Assembly: GCA_964430265.1 (NCBI GenBank) | Contig: CAYSEI010000002.1 | Location: 141,209-205,208, forward strand | From: an uncultured Pseudomonadales bacterium | GTDB taxonomy: Bacteria > Patescibacteriota > Microgenomatia > UBA1400 > CAYXSR01 | Length of the DNA stretch: 64,000 nt | Direction: 5' to 3' | Shown here: piece after piece, positions 11,226 through 21,839 of the stretch | How the letters are laid out: each line of letters begins with the position of its first letter | Position numbering within the stretch: the first letter of the stretch is position 1 | Notes under the pieces: model-generated | What the model saw: the letters and a program-made list of their open reading frames with translations, nothing else | What the model was told of the DNA's origin: nothing | Databases searched by the model: none | Translations under genes and position numbers: made by a program

Positions 11226-12505
11226 AGCTTATTAACTCATTTATTAAAGCTTTTAGTGTACCAAAACTAAGAAATAAACTTTTATTTACCCTTGGAATTT
11301 TTGTAGCTTTCCGTTTTGTTGCCCATATACCGGTTTCCGGGGTTGATGCTCAGGCATTAGAGAGTCTTTTTAACCGCAGTCAGTTTTTAGGCTTACTTGA
11401 TCTTTTTTCCGGAGGAACATTAAGTAATTTTTCAATTATTGCTATTGGCTTAAATCCTTATATTAATGCTTCCATTGTTTTTCAACTTCTTTCTTTTGTT
11501 TTTCCAAGGTTGGAAGAGCTTTCCAAAGAAGGTGAATATGGCAGGGAAAAGATTAATCAATATACACGTTTTTTAACTATTCCTTTGGCAATTGTTCAGT
11601 CTTTGGGAATGATTGCAATTTTACGGAATCAAGGAATTATGCGGGGGATGAATGTTTTTAATATCGGAGTAACTGTGGTTACTATGACTGCAGGCTGTAT
11701 GCTTTTAATGTGGTTTGGTGAACTGATTACCCAGTATGGCATTGGCAACGGTATCTCAATTTTAATTTTTGGCGGAATTGTTGGAAGAATGCCGGTTTCA
11801 TTTGCACAAACATTCTCTGTTTTGCAAGGAATCAATTTTTTTAATGTAATGGTTTTTTTAGTAATGGGTGTGGGAGTAATTGCGGCGATTTGTTTTGTTA
11901 ATGAAGCACGCAGAAAAATTAAAGTTTCCTATGCCAAAAGAATAGTTGGTAGAAAAATGTATGGCGGGCAAGATACTCACATTCCTTTAAGAATTAATCA
12001 AGCAGGAGTAATTCCTATAATTTTTGCTGTTTCAATGGTTCTAATTCCCTCTATGATTGGTCGCTGGATGCAAACTTTGTCACAGGAGTTTTTAGCAAAT
12101 TTGGGATATTGGCTAACCAGATTATTTGATCCCAATAATATTTTTTATAATCTTCTTTATTTTGTTTTAATAATTGCATTTACATATTTTTATACTGCGG
12201 TTACTTTTAATCCGGAAAAAATAGCGGAAGAAATAAAAAAACAAGGCGGCTTTATTCCAGGAATCAGACCGGGAAAACCAACAGCAGAATATTTAAACAA
12301 AATATTAAACAGAATTACATTAGCAGGAGCAGTTTTTTTGGGAATGATTGCAATTCTTCCTTCAATTGCCCGCTCTTTGACAGGAATAACTACTATGATG
12401 ATTGGTGGAACAGGTATTTTAATTGTGGTTTCCGTTGTTTTGGAAACTGCAAAAACTTTGGAGTCACAACTGCTGATGCGTAGTTATGACGGATTTTTAG
12501 AATAA
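11222..12505 (+). CDS. secY: Preprotein translocase subunit SecY
   Basis: [30 protein letters not shown]. Confidence 0.99.
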   Translation: MKLINSFIKAFSVPKLRNKLLFTLGIFVAFRFVAHIPVSGVDAQALESLFNRSQFLGLLDLFSGGTLSNFSIIAIGLNPYINASIVFQLLSFVFPRLEELSKEGEYGREKINQYTRFLTIPLAIVQSLGMIAILRNQGIMRGMNVFNIGVTVVTMTAGCMLLMWFGELITQYGIGNGISILIFGGIVGRMPVSFAQTFSVLQGINFFNVMVFLVMGVGVIAAICFVNEARRKIKVSYAKRIVGRKMYGGQDTHIPLRINQAGVIPIIFAVSMVLIPSMIGRWMQTLSQEFLANLGYWLTRLFDPNNIFYNLLYFVLIIAFTYFYTAVTFNPEKIAEEIKKQGGFIPGIRPGKPTAEYLNKILNRITLAGAVFLGMIAILPSIARSLTGITTMMIGGTGILIVVSVVLETAKTLESQLLMRSYDGFLE

Positions 12506-12524
12506 AAAGTTTACAGGGAGGAAA

Positions 12525-13112
12525 ATGCACATTATATTTTATGGTCCAGAAGGATCAGGAAAGACAACTCAAGGGGAATTGTTGTCGGAAAAATTTAATA
12601 TTCCGCATATTGTCTCTGGAGATATTGTGCGTAAATATGCAAAAGAAGATCAAGGGATTATGGGTGATGTCTGTAGGAATGCTTTAGAAAAAGGACATTA
12701 TGTTGCGGATTCGGAGATGTTTGTTCTTTGGAAGCAAAGATTAAAAGAACCGGATGCCAAAAATGGATGGATTATTGACGGGTTTCCCCGTAATTTAGAC
12801 CAGGCATATTTTCTGGACGATAAGTTGGACAAATATGGACAAGCAATTGATGCAGTTTTCTATTTAGAAGTCAGTGTAGAAGAATCGATCCGGCGTTTGA
12901 AAAAAAGAGGTAGAAAAAGCCCTGACGGATCTTTACACGATTCACCAGAACTAATTAGAGAAAGACTAAGAAGATATAAAAAGGAAGAAAAAGATGTCTT
13001 GGATTTTTATCGCAAAAAAGGAGTTTTAAAAGTTATTAACGGTGAACTGTCAATTGAGAAAATTCACTATAATATAGTTGATATTGTAACAAGGATAAAT
13101 GGAGATCACTAA
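12525..13112 (+). CDS. adk: Adenylate kinase (short LID form)
   Basis: GPEGSGKTTQ P-loop, DGFPR; follows secY. Confidence 0.93.
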   Translation: MHIIFYGPEGSGKTTQGELLSEKFNIPHIVSGDIVRKYAKEDQGIMGDVCRNALEKGHYVADSEMFVLWKQRLKEPDAKNGWIIDGFPRNLDQAYFLDDKLDKYGQAIDAVFYLEVSVEESIRRLKKRGRKSPDGSLHDSPELIRERLRRYKKEEKDVLDFYRKKGVLKVINGELSIEKIHYNIVDIVTRINGDH

Positions 13113-13797
13113 AAAAATAAAAATTGCAATAGACGGGCCGGTGGCTTCGGGTAAAAGCACCGGCGCTTTTCTTTTGGCAAAAGAGCTTGATGTTCTTTAT
13201 GTCAATACCGGTGCTATGTATCGTGCGGTTGGATGGCTGGCAATTGAAAAGGAAGTTGATCTTCATGATGAAAAAAAAGTTGTTGAGATATTAAAAAATA
13301 CAGAAATCCGTTTGGAAAAACCAGAAAAATCAAAGCAGGTTTGTGATGTATATATAGATGGAAAAGAAATTGCGGACCAATTATTTAGTTCAAGCATTGA
13401 TTGTGCATCTTCAGTTATTGCAGTACATCCAAAGGTCAGAAAGTATTTAGTTAATTTACAGCAGAAAATAGCAGAAGGGCAAAGTGTTGTTATGGAAGGA
13501 AGAGATATTGGAACTGTTGTCTTACCAAATGCAGACTTTAAAATATATATGACTGCAGATCCAAAAGTAAGGGCAAAAAGAAAATGGCAGATGCTCAAAA
13601 AGAAAGGAGAGACTAAAAGTTTAGATGAGGTTTTAAAGGATGTAAAGGAGAGGGACAGGAGGGATAAAAACAAAGGAGGTTTGAAAAAAGCTAAGGATGC
13701 TTGGGTTTTGGATACCTCAAATTTAACTTTAGAAGAAGAAATAGAAATTATTATTAAAAGATTGAAAAAAATGGATTTGGTAAAGACAAATGGTTGA
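13099..13797 (+). CDS. cmk: Cytidylate kinase
   Basis: IAIDGPVASGKST, TGAMYR, EGRDIGTVV. Confidence 0.96.
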   Translation: MEITKKIKIAIDGPVASGKSTGAFLLAKELDVLYVNTGAMYRAVGWLAIEKEVDLHDEKKVVEILKNTEIRLEKPEKSKQVCDVYIDGKEIADQLFSSSIDCASSVIAVHPKVRKYLVNLQQKIAEGQSVVMEGRDIGTVVLPNADFKIYMTADPKVRAKRKWQMLKKKGETKSLDEVLKDVKERDRRDKNKGGLKKAKDAWVLDTSNLTLEEEIEIIIKRLKKMDLVKTNG

Positions 13798-14566
13798 ATT
13801 AAAAAATCAGGACCAATTAAATATTATGACTGAAGGCGGAAAAAAACTTTCTGAAATCATGAAGAAACTTATGAATTTATCTCAGCAGGGAGTAAATCTT
13901 TTAACCATTGAGAAAAAAGCTAATGAATTAATAAAAAAAGCTGGCGGAAAACCGGGTTTTAAAAAAGTTGCTAACTATGACTGGGCAACATGCTTAAATG
14001 TTAATAAGGGAATTGTTCATGGTATACCAAAGGACTATAACTTGAAAAAGGGAGATGTTTTTAGTTTGGATATTGGAATGATTTTTAAGGGTTTAAATAC
14101 AGACATGTGCAACACAAAAGTAGTGGGAAAGAATAAGGAAACAATGGATAAAGAAATTAAAAAATTTCTAGAAACGGGAAAAAGAGCTTTAGAAAAAGCA
14201 GTTGAATCTTCTAAGCCGGGAAACAGGGTAGGACACATTTCACAAACAATCCAAAATATAATTGAGACAGCAGGATATAATTGTGCCAGAAATCTAACCG
14301 GACATGGAATTGGAAAAAAACTGCATGAAGATCCAAACATTCCCTGTATACTAAAAGGTGAAATTGATAGTACACCAGAACTTAGAGTAGGAATGACATT
14401 AGCGATAGAGGTAATATATACAAAAGGAGACCCCAATTTTTATTTAGCAAAAGACGGTTGGACAATTGAATCCACAGATGGTAAAATAACATCTGTTTTC
14501 GAAGAAACAATAGCCTTAACAAGCAAAGGAGTTAAAATACTAACTCCGTTACCTTTTAGAAATTAG
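13790..14566 (+). CDS. map: Methionine aminopeptidase type I
   Basis: VHGIP, GHGIG..LHEDP, AIE, DGWT. Confidence 0.97.
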   Translation: MVELKNQDQLNIMTEGGKKLSEIMKKLMNLSQQGVNLLTIEKKANELIKKAGGKPGFKKVANYDWATCLNVNKGIVHGIPKDYNLKKGDVFSLDIGMIFKGLNTDMCNTKVVGKNKETMDKEIKKFLETGKRALEKAVESSKPGNRVGHISQTIQNIIETAGYNCARNLTGHGIGKKLHEDPNIPCILKGEIDSTPELRVGMTLAIEVIYTKGDPNFYLAKDGWTIESTDGKITSVFEETIALTSKGVKILTPLPFRN

Positions 14567-14610
14567 CCTTGTAATCTCAGTTATTGGGGTTGTTAACAGG
14601 CTAATTTTTT
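14560..14610 (+). terminator. Terminator-like hairpin after map
   Basis: aaattagcct/aggctaattt outer stem, inner G-U-rich stem, then T-run. Confidence 0.55.
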
Positions 14611-14647
14611 GTTAAAATTACTAGGTATATAAAAAGAATTTTATTAG

Positions 14648-14863
14648 ATGAATAAAAACGAAAAACAGGAAACCAAAGGTACAGTTACAAAAGCTTTACC
14701 AAACACTATGTTTCGAGTGGAAATAGAAGATGGTAAAGAGCTTTTGTGTACTTTATCAGGTAAAATGCGGATTAATCGTATTCGTGTTCTTCCTGGAGAC
14801 GAGGTTAAGGTCGAGTTAAATGAATATGATGAAGATAAAGGTAGAATAGTTTACCGTTTTTAA
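14648..14863 (+). CDS. infA: Translation initiation factor IF-1
   Basis: [19 protein letters not shown]. Confidence 0.99.
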   Translation: MNKNEKQETKGTVTKALPNTMFRVEIEDGKELLCTLSGKMRINRIRVLPGDEVKVELNEYDEDKGRIVYRF

Positions 14864-14872
14864 GGAGAATTT

Positions 14873-14986
14873 ATGAAAGTGAAATCGTCAGTAAAAAAAC
14901 GCTGTAAAAAATGTAAAATTGTTAGACGCAGAGGTCATGTTTATGTTGTCTGTGAAAATAAAAAGCACAAGCAAAGGCAGGGATAA
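14873..14986 (+). CDS. rpmJ: 50S ribosomal protein L36 (missing from the ORF track)
   Basis: Manual translation [37 protein letters not shown]; SD aaggag. Confidence 0.98.
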   Translation: MKVKSSVKKRCKKCKIVRRRGHVYVVCENKKHKQRQG

Positions 14987-14991
14987 ATAAT

Positions 14992-15420
14992 ATGGTGAGA
15001 ATAGTTGGTGTAGAAATACCAGATGAACGTAAAGTCCCTTTTGCACTTACCAAGATTCATGGGGTGGGTAAGCAGAGAGCTTATGACATACTTAGAGATG
15101 CTGGAATAGATTTTGATAAGCGTGTAAAAGATTTGACAGATCAAGATGTATTAAAAATTCAAAAACAAGTGGAATCTTTTCCTACGGAAGGTATCTTAAG
15201 AAAAAGAGTTCGGGAAAATATCCAAAGGTTAAAAAGAACCGGAACCTACAGGGGGGCTAGACATGCTGCTGGTTTACCTGTAAGAGGACAAAGAACTAGG
15301 ACAAATGCCCGAACTAAAAGAGGCAGACGGCAAACTGTAGGTGCATTTAAAAAAGATATGTTAACTAAGATGGGAAAAGAAAAAAAGAAAGCCCCAACTA
15401 AAACAGGAGAAAAGAAATAA
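14992..15420 (+). CDS. rpsM: 30S ribosomal protein S13
   Basis: GLPVRGQRTRTNART. Confidence 0.99.
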   Translation: MVRIVGVEIPDERKVPFALTKIHGVGKQRAYDILRDAGIDFDKRVKDLTDQDVLKIQKQVESFPTEGILRKRVRENIQRLKRTGTYRGARHAAGLPVRGQRTRTNARTKRGRRQTVGAFKKDMLTKMGKEKKKAPTKTGEKK

Positions 15421-15797
15421 TGGCAAAGAAAAAAAGAACGACAAGAAGAAAATTAACTGAGGGGAGAATTTATGTTACTGCTACATTTAATAATACTTTA
15501 ATTACAGTAACTGATAAAAACGGCAATGCAATTTGCTGGGGATCTTCAGGAAGGGCAGGGTTTAAAGGCTCACGTAAATCTACACCTTTTGCAGCGACAA
15601 CCGCAATTAAAAATGTATTAGGTAAAGCTAAAAGTTATGGATTGTCTAAAGCAAAAGTTTTTATTAAAGGTCCGGGACCCGGAAGAAGTGCAGCTTTGCG
15701 AGTTTTGCGTGGAAGTAATATTCAAATTAGTATGATTGCGGATGTAACACCGATCCCTCACAATGGATGCAGACCGCCGAAAAGAAGGAGAGTATAA
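15420..15797 (+). CDS. rpsK: 30S ribosomal protein S11
   Basis: FNNT, RKSTPFAA, PHNGCRP. Confidence 0.99.
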   Translation: MAKKKRTTRRKLTEGRIYVTATFNNTLITVTDKNGNAICWGSSGRAGFKGSRKSTPFAATTAIKNVLGKAKSYGLSKAKVFIKGPGPGRSAALRVLRGSNIQISMIADVTPIPHNGCRPPKRRRV

Positions 15798-15800
15798 ACA

Positions 15801-16424
15801 ATGGCTAGAAGAACAGGTCCCAAATGCAAGTTGTGTAGAAGAGAAGGAGAAAAGCTTTTCTTAAAAGGTAACCGTTGTTATTCATCAAAATGTCCGATTG
15901 AAAGAAAAGGGGGAAATCCTCCGGGACAGCATGGATACAAACAAAAACGCAGAAGACTTTCCGACTACGGAATTCATTTAAGAGAAAAGCAAAAAGTAAA
16001 AAGACTTTACAGTGTCAGAGAAAGTCAATTTAAAAAGTATTACGAAGATGCAATTCAAACAAAAGGTGATACCGGAGAAAATATGATGCAGCTTTTAGAA
16101 AGAAGGTTGGATAATGTAGTATTTAAAGGCGGTTTGGTGCCTTCAAGATCAGTTGCACATCAAATGATTGTTCATGGTAATTGCATTGTTAATGACCATC
16201 GTGTTGACAGACCAGGATATCTGGTTAAAGAAGGCGATGTAATAACTCTCAGTACAAAAGCTTTAGAAAGGGATATTGTTAAAAATACTTTGGAGGAAGA
16301 TAATCCGCCGGCTGTTTGGATTAAAAGAAAAGGAACGGTCATTAAAGTGGATAGACTTCCGAAGAAAGAAGATATTAAAGAGAATATTGATATCCAGTTA
16401 TTAATTGAATTTTATTCTCGTTAA
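15801..16424 (+). CDS. rpsD: 30S ribosomal protein S4
   Basis: CKLCRREG, LREKQK, LERRLDNVV, EFYSR. Confidence 0.99.
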   Translation: MARRTGPKCKLCRREGEKLFLKGNRCYSSKCPIERKGGNPPGQHGYKQKRRRLSDYGIHLREKQKVKRLYSVRESQFKKYYEDAIQTKGDTGENMMQLLERRLDNVVFKGGLVPSRSVAHQMIVHGNCIVNDHRVDRPGYLVKEGDVITLSTKALERDIVKNTLEEDNPPAVWIKRKGTVIKVDRLPKKEDIKENIDIQLLIEFYSR

Positions 16425-16445
16425 TTTAATCAAGGGAGGAACATA

Positions 16446-17381
16446 ATGATTAAGCCAACATTTAAAATAGATACTTTAGAAAACAAAAAAGACTATGCCA
16501 AGTTTGTTTTTGAACCACTGCAGCAGGGATTTGGACATACTGTAGGGAACGCTTTAAGAAGAACACTTTTGTCCAGTATAAGGGGAGCGGCTGTAGAAAG
16601 AGTTAAAATTGAAGGAGTAAAACATCCTTTTTCAACAATAGAAGGTGTTAAAGAAGATGTGGTCGAAATTCTTTTAAGAATTAAACAGTTAAAAGTTCTG
16701 TCTGAATTGGAAAGCGAAGAAGAAAAAGCAAAGCTGAGCTTTAATGTTAAAGGTAAAGGCAAATTTGCAGCAAAAGATATTGAAGTTCCTTCCGGAGTGG
16801 AGATTACTAATAAAGATTTAGTTTTAGCTAATCTAGCTAATAAGAAAACAGAATTTAAAGGAGAAATGTGGGTAGGAACAGGAACAGGTTATTCTCCTTC
16901 AGAAGAAAGAGAAAAGGAAACTATTGGAGAAATTGTATTAGATGCAATATATACACCAGTTATAAGGGTTAACTATAAAGTTGAAGCTACTCGTGTAGGA
17001 AGAAGAACAGACTTTGACAAACTGATTTTGGAAATCTGGACGGATGGAACTGTTAAGCCCGAACGAGCTTTAGAAAATGCAAGTGAAATTCTGCAAAGAT
17101 TTTTCAAGCAAGTATATGAACCTGTGTATCAAATTATGGAAGATGAGAAAACAGATGAAAGACCAGAAAACTATGAAACACTTGCTTTAACTGTTGAAGA
17201 ATTAAATTTACCTACCCGTATTGTCAATGCTTTAAGAAGAGGCGGGTACAAAACTGTTCAAGATTTAGTAGAAGCAGACATTGATGAAGTCAGAAAAGTA
17301 AAAAACATTGGTAAAAAGTCAATAAAGATTGTAGAAAATCGATTAGAAAAAAAAGGAGTGGAGTTTTCAGATGAGGCATAA
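16446..17381 (+). CDS. rpoA: RNA polymerase alpha subunit
   Basis: GFGHTVGNALRR, EDVVEI, DFDKLILEIWTDG, alpha-CTD. Confidence 0.99.
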   Translation: MIKPTFKIDTLENKKDYAKFVFEPLQQGFGHTVGNALRRTLLSSIRGAAVERVKIEGVKHPFSTIEGVKEDVVEILLRIKQLKVLSELESEEEKAKLSFNVKGKGKFAAKDIEVPSGVEITNKDLVLANLANKKTEFKGEMWVGTGTGYSPSEEREKETIGEIVLDAIYTPVIRVNYKVEATRVGRRTDFDKLILEIWTDGTVKPERALENASEILQRFFKQVYEPVYQIMEDEKTDERPENYETLALTVEELNLPTRIVNALRRGGYKTVQDLVEADIDEVRKVKNIGKKSIKIVENRLEKKGVEFSDEA

Positions 17382-17829
17382 ACGGAAGGGTAAAAAGCTT
17401 GGAAGAAATGCAAGCCAAAGAAAAGCACTATTTCGCGGACTGATTCAGAATTTAGTTGATCATGGAAAAGTAGAGACTACGGTAGCTAAGGCAAAAGCAA
17501 TTAAACCAATTGTAGATAAATTAGTAGATAAAGCAAAAAAAGGAACACTTAGTGCAAGAAGAGAAGTAATGTCTTTTTTGCCTTCTAAAAAGGCTGCTAA
17601 TAAATTAGTTGATGAAATAGCACCGCAGTTTAAAGGTAGAGTTGGTGGAGCAGTAAGGATTACTAGAACAGGAACAAGGCGAGGAGATAATGCAATGATG
17701 GCAAAACTTGAATGGACAAAGAATGAGATTAAAGAAAAGAAGTCTGAAAAATCCAAAAAGCAGGAAAAAAAAGAAAGCAAGAGTAAATCTAATAAGAAAA
17801 GTAAAAGTGAAAATAAAAAGAAAAAATGA
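17371..17829 (+). CDS. rplQ: 50S ribosomal protein L17 with Lys-rich tail
   Basis: MRH..KLGR, ETT..KAK, RRGDNA. Confidence 0.98.
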   Translation: MRHKRKGKKLGRNASQRKALFRGLIQNLVDHGKVETTVAKAKAIKPIVDKLVDKAKKGTLSARREVMSFLPSKKAANKLVDEIAPQFKGRVGGAVRITRTGTRRGDNAMMAKLEWTKNEIKEKKSEKSKKQEKKESKSKSNKKSKSENKKKK

Positions 17830-18272
17830 AGCAAAAAACTTATATGGCAAAGCCAAAAGAAATAAAAAGAGAATGGCATTTAATTGATGCCCGGGGAAAG
17901 ATATTAGGCCGGATGGCTAGTAATATTGCCCAAAAATTAATTGGCAAAGATAAGGTCAATTATACACCGCACCTTGATTGTGGAGATCATGTGGTAGTAA
18001 TTAATGCTAAAGATGTTAAAGTCAGCGGTAGAAAAGCAAAACAGAAAGAATATATCCGACATTCAGGATATCCTAGTGGATTAAAAAGAGTGACTTATCG
18101 GGAGCAAATGGAAAAGGACCCAACAAGAATTATTGAATGGGCAGTAAAAAATATGCTTCCTAAAAATAAATTGCGCAGTAAAATGATGAATCGTTTACGG
18201 GTTTTTACAGAAGAGAAACATAATTATAAAGACAAATTTAAGGTAGAAAATGGCAAAAAAGAAGAAAAATAA
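17826..18272 (+). CDS. rplM: 50S ribosomal protein L13
   Basis: LGRMAS, YTPHLDCGD, HSGYP, MLPKN. Confidence 0.99.
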   Translation: MKQKTYMAKPKEIKREWHLIDARGKILGRMASNIAQKLIGKDKVNYTPHLDCGDHVVVINAKDVKVSGRKAKQKEYIRHSGYPSGLKRVTYREQMEKDPTRIIEWAVKNMLPKNKLRSKMMNRLRVFTEEKHNYKDKFKVENGKKEEK

Positions 18273-18672
18273 AAAACCAGAATATATACATTCAGTCGGC
18301 AGAAGAAAAACTGCTGCTGCTAGAATAAGGTTTTATCCTAATAAAAAGGGTGGAATAACAATAAATGAGGTATCTTCAGACGAATATTTTCCTGGTGAAG
18401 TTAAGAAAGAAAAACTTTTAGCTCCATTAAGAGTCTGTGATCAAGTAGGCAAACATAAAATAACTGTCAAAGTTGAAGGTTCCGGAGTTAAAGGGCAGCT
18501 GGGAGCAGTAATCCACGGTATTGCCAGAGCTTTGGATAAATTCAATACAGAAAAATTTCACACTCCGCTTAAGCAAAACGAGTTTTTAACCCGGGATCCA
18601 CGGATGAAAGAAAGACGTAAACCTGGAACCGGTGGAAAAGCTCGTGCTAAAAAACAATCTCCAAAGCGATAA
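18250..18672 (+). CDS. rpsI: 30S ribosomal protein S9
   Basis: GRRKTA, LTRDPRMKERRKPG, QSPKR. Confidence 0.99.
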   Translation: MAKKKKNKKPEYIHSVGRRKTAAARIRFYPNKKGGITINEVSSDEYFPGEVKKEKLLAPLRVCDQVGKHKITVKVEGSGVKGQLGAVIHGIARALDKFNTEKFHTPLKQNEFLTRDPRMKERRKPGTGGKARAKKQSPKR

Positions 18673-18954
18673 AAATTGTCGCGGTACTGGACGCGTTACA
18701 AACTAATTTCCCTGCTTGTTGATGATATTTTAGTGAACATTTGAGAGTTTCAATATAAAGGCGGGGTTGTTTGATTTCAATAAATTTAATTTAGATTATT
18801 TATAACGTCCTGCGTTTCACAGATTTTAGTGACAGAGTATGAATTCTAATTTTAACTTAATTAATGAGAGGTATTTAATCAAACGGGAGTTCTCCGCCGA
18901 ACGGTGGAAAAGTTTATTTAAACCAATCTCAGTTCCGATGAGTACATTATTGAT

Positions 18955-18993
18955 TTGACAAAAATAAAATACTATGTAACAATGTTATATAGT
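18955..18993 (+). promoter_or_regulatory. Sigma70 -35 box and palindromic operator upstream of padR
   Basis: TTGACA at 18955-18960; imperfect inverted repeat actatgtaac-aat-gttatatagt at 18971-18993 covering the -10 region. Confidence 0.55.
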
Positions 18994-19012
18994 TTAAATT
19001 ACAATATAAAGT

Positions 19013-19378
19013 ATGTGCAGTAAAAAATGCAAGTTTGGAAATCCTGAAAAAAGATGGCTTCAATTTCTCATACTCAGATTGGTATGTGAAAAACCAACTT
19101 ATGGATATGACTTAATTAGGTCAATTGAAGATCTTACCGAAGGCAGGTATGAAGTAAAGACCGGAACCATGTACACTACATTGAGACGCATGGAAGAGAA
19201 GAATCTCTTAAAATCTGATTGGAAAGAAAACTCAAGCGGACCGGATAATAGACAGTATGAGATCACACGAAAAGGTGAGAAATTTATTAAAGCTTGGCTT
19301 GAAATGATTATAGAAAGAAAGAAGATGATTGATAAAATGGCTGGTTTTTATATTAAAAAGTTTAAAGACAAAAAATGA
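19013..19378 (+). CDS. PadR-family transcriptional regulator
   Basis: PTYGYDL, GTMYTTLRRME, GPDNRQYEITRKG. Confidence 0.93.
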   Translation: MCSKKCKFGNPEKRWLQFLILRLVCEKPTYGYDLIRSIEDLTEGRYEVKTGTMYTTLRRMEEKNLLKSDWKENSSGPDNRQYEITRKGEKFIKAWLEMIIERKKMIDKMAGFYIKKFKDKK

Positions 19379-19593
19379 AAATTAAACACTTATTAGAGAA
19401 AATGTGCATAGTGACATTTACAATAACAGCCATAACATCAATACCTTTACTATTGAATTATCTTAGACAAGTTTCGCCAAAATTCAAACTAATTGTTGAC
19501 CTACACGTGTGGTTTGGGTTGACGTTCATAATTTTGGTATTGGTAAGAATAGTAAAAAATAAAAATTTTATTCATGCCATAATTAAAAAGTAA
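19375..19593 (+). CDS. Small two-helix membrane protein
   Basis: Two hydrophobic segments with LHVWFG; start overlaps the padR stop. Confidence 0.7.
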   Translation: MKIKHLLEKMCIVTFTITAITSIPLLLNYLRQVSPKFKLIVDLHVWFGLTFIILVLVRIVKNKNFIHAIIKK

Positions 19594-19616
19594 ATAAGTT
19601 AGAAAAAATTAACAAT

Positions 19617-19922
19617 ATGTATATAAAAGATATAAAATCGAAAATAAACTTCTCATCTAAGAATCCTAGTAAACAGGATATTCTGAAATCCGATAAATTT
19701 AACATCGTAATTGTTAGCCTGGAAGAAGGTCAAAGTATAAAACCACATCCTGAGCCTTATGCAGTGTTCTTTTTTGTATTAGAGGGAAAGGGAATATTTA
19801 CTGATAAAAACGGAGAGAGTGAATTAGGCAAAGGAGACGCGATCTTTATGGAATTTGATGAAATAAGAGGAATTAAGTGTATTGATAAATTAACAATTTT
19901 AGGGGTACAAGATGGACACTAA
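19617..19922 (+). CDS. Cupin-domain protein
   Basis: LEEGQSIKPHPEP..FFVLEGKG..LGKGD cupin pattern. Confidence 0.85.
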   Translation: MYIKDIKSKINFSSKNPSKQDILKSDKFNIVIVSLEEGQSIKPHPEPYAVFFFVLEGKGIFTDKNGESELGKGDAIFMEFDEIRGIKCIDKLTILGVQDGH

Positions 19923-20847
19923 AAATAACAAAATAATTAAAGCCGACTCTTTGGTAAAAAGATTTAACTCTTTCATTGCTGTAAATAATGTGAGCTTTGA
20001 AATCGAAAAAGGAGAGATATTTGGTCTACTTGGGCATAATGGTGCAGGAAAAACCACCACAATTAGAATGCTTACAGGCATATTCAAGCCCTCAGAAGGC
20101 AAAGTATATATAAATGATTATGATATGGAAAACGATTCTCTGAAAGCAAAACAGCTTATGGGCATTGTTCCTGAAATGGCTAATGCCTATATTGACTTAT
20201 CTGCTTACAAAAATATGGTTTTGATAGGAGAATTGTATGGACTGGACAAAAAGGAAATCAGAGAAAAAACAGAAGAATTATTGAAGATATTTGGATTGTA
20301 TAAAAGAATGCATGATAAAGTCAAAACGTTTTCAAAAGGCATGAAACAACGTTTAATTATAGCAATGGGTCTTATCAATACTCCCAAACTGTTATTTTTG
20401 GATGAGCCGACATCTGGCCTGGATGTAGATAGTGTTAGATTGATAAGAAAACTTATTAGAAAGTTTAACGATGAGGGAACAACAATAATTTTAACAACAC
20501 ATAACATTGAAGAGGCTGATGATCTTTGCGATAGAATTGCTATTATGAAACAGGGAAAGATTATAGCTTTAGATAGACCGGCAAAATTAAAGCATATTAT
20601 TCAAAGCTCTTCGTCGATTGAAGTTGCTTTTAAGAAAAAGGTAGATTTGCAAAAACTTAAATTTAAGGGAGTCGATAAAGTTAAGAAAAAAGGTGATAGA
20701 ATAAGAACTTACACAAAAACTCCTGAAAAAGTTCTTCCCCTATTATTCGAATATTCTCAATCCTCCAAAAACCAGATTCTATCGATTAATACCCTAGAAC
20801 CAAACCTTGAAGACATATTTGTAAATTTAACCAAAAAGGGAAAATGA
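19912..20847 (+). CDS. ABC transporter ATP-binding protein (DrrA-like)
   Basis: GHNGAGKTT, FSKGMKQR, LFLDEPTSGLD. Confidence 0.95.
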   Translation: MDTKNNKIIKADSLVKRFNSFIAVNNVSFEIEKGEIFGLLGHNGAGKTTTIRMLTGIFKPSEGKVYINDYDMENDSLKAKQLMGIVPEMANAYIDLSAYKNMVLIGELYGLDKKEIREKTEELLKIFGLYKRMHDKVKTFSKGMKQRLIIAMGLINTPKLLFLDEPTSGLDVDSVRLIRKLIRKFNDEGTTIILTTHNIEEADDLCDRIAIMKQGKIIALDRPAKLKHIIQSSSSIEVAFKKKVDLQKLKFKGVDKVKKKGDRIRTYTKTPEKVLPLLFEYSQSSKNQILSINTLEPNLEDIFVNLTKKGK

Positions 20848-21596
20848 ATATATCAGATTTTTTAGATCAAATAAAAAGATCGCTAGCCATAGTCAAAAAA
20901 GATTTATATATCTACTATGCAAAAGGACCTGTAGTTATTTTTGGTCTGCTTTTACCAGCATTTACTTTTATTTCTTTCTCGTTGGGGAAAGATTTTTCGG
21001 CAGAATTTTTATTTCCTGGATTATTGGCTATGTCACTTTTTTTTACATCAACTTCTATTGGTCCAGCTATAGCACCAACAGAAACAGCAACTAAAACTTT
21101 GGAAAGACTGGTTTCGGCACCGATAGCCGTGTGGGCAATTCTCTTTGGAGATATTTTTGCATCATTCCTTTTTGGGCTTTTTATTACATCATTTGTTCTA
21201 ATATTCGGATCTTTATTGCTGGGAATAGAAGTTATCACAGTAATCCTAATAGCCGCTACAGTTTTAGCTTCTTTCTGTTTTTCTGCATTTGGACTAGTGC
21301 TGTCTGCCCCTCCTACTGACAAGCCTTCTAATATAATGATGTTATCCTCTCTGATTAAATTTCCCCTGACCTTTATAAGTGGTGTGTTTGTTCCACTTAA
21401 TCAAATGCCCTTAAAAATTAGATTCATTTCATTCATTTCCCCTTTGACCTACTATACTGACATAGCAAGGTATTCGATTGAAGGGAATAGTTATTTTCCC
21501 CCTACTTTAAATCTTTTAGTGTTGTTTGGATATACACTGTTACTCTTTACCATAGCTATAATCTGGCAAAAAAAAAGTTTAACTAAAAGATTTTAA
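20844..21596 (+). CDS. ABC-2 type permease
   Basis: About six TM segments, ISGVFVP..MP, SPLTY. Confidence 0.93.
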   Translation: MNISDFLDQIKRSLAIVKKDLYIYYAKGPVVIFGLLLPAFTFISFSLGKDFSAEFLFPGLLAMSLFFTSTSIGPAIAPTETATKTLERLVSAPIAVWAILFGDIFASFLFGLFITSFVLIFGSLLLGIEVITVILIAATVLASFCFSAFGLVLSAPPTDKPSNIMMLSSLIKFPLTFISGVFVPLNQMPLKIRFISFISPLTYYTDIARYSIEGNSYFPPTLNLLVLFGYTLLLFTIAIIWQKKSLTKRF

Positions 21597-21839
21597 AGAG
21601 TAGCGAATTCCCATCTTGTTATGAAGTTTGCAATAATGTGAATGGGATATTTTGACTTAAAGAATTTAGATTGGTTTGAGAGAAACTATACAGGACTTGA
21701 ACAAACATATACTTCAATATACCAACAATTTTAGTTCGATTATGAATTTTTTCTTGTTTTTAATTCTTTTTGCGAACAATGGATTTAATAGGCTATATAA
21801 GGTTTTAAAAAATGCTTAAGAAAAAACTGTTAAATATTG

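Noticed and set aside
297-17879. Many antisense and alternate-frame ORFs over fusA, tuf and r-protein genes (and similar ones across the window)
   Set aside because: Shadow ORFs of well-supported genes, Phe/Leu/Ser-rich from A-rich sense strands, with no motifs.
21690-21702. ggacttgaac match to the tRNA-Pro T-arm as a second att site
   Set aside because: Only a 10-nt exact match with no flanking similarity; could be chance.
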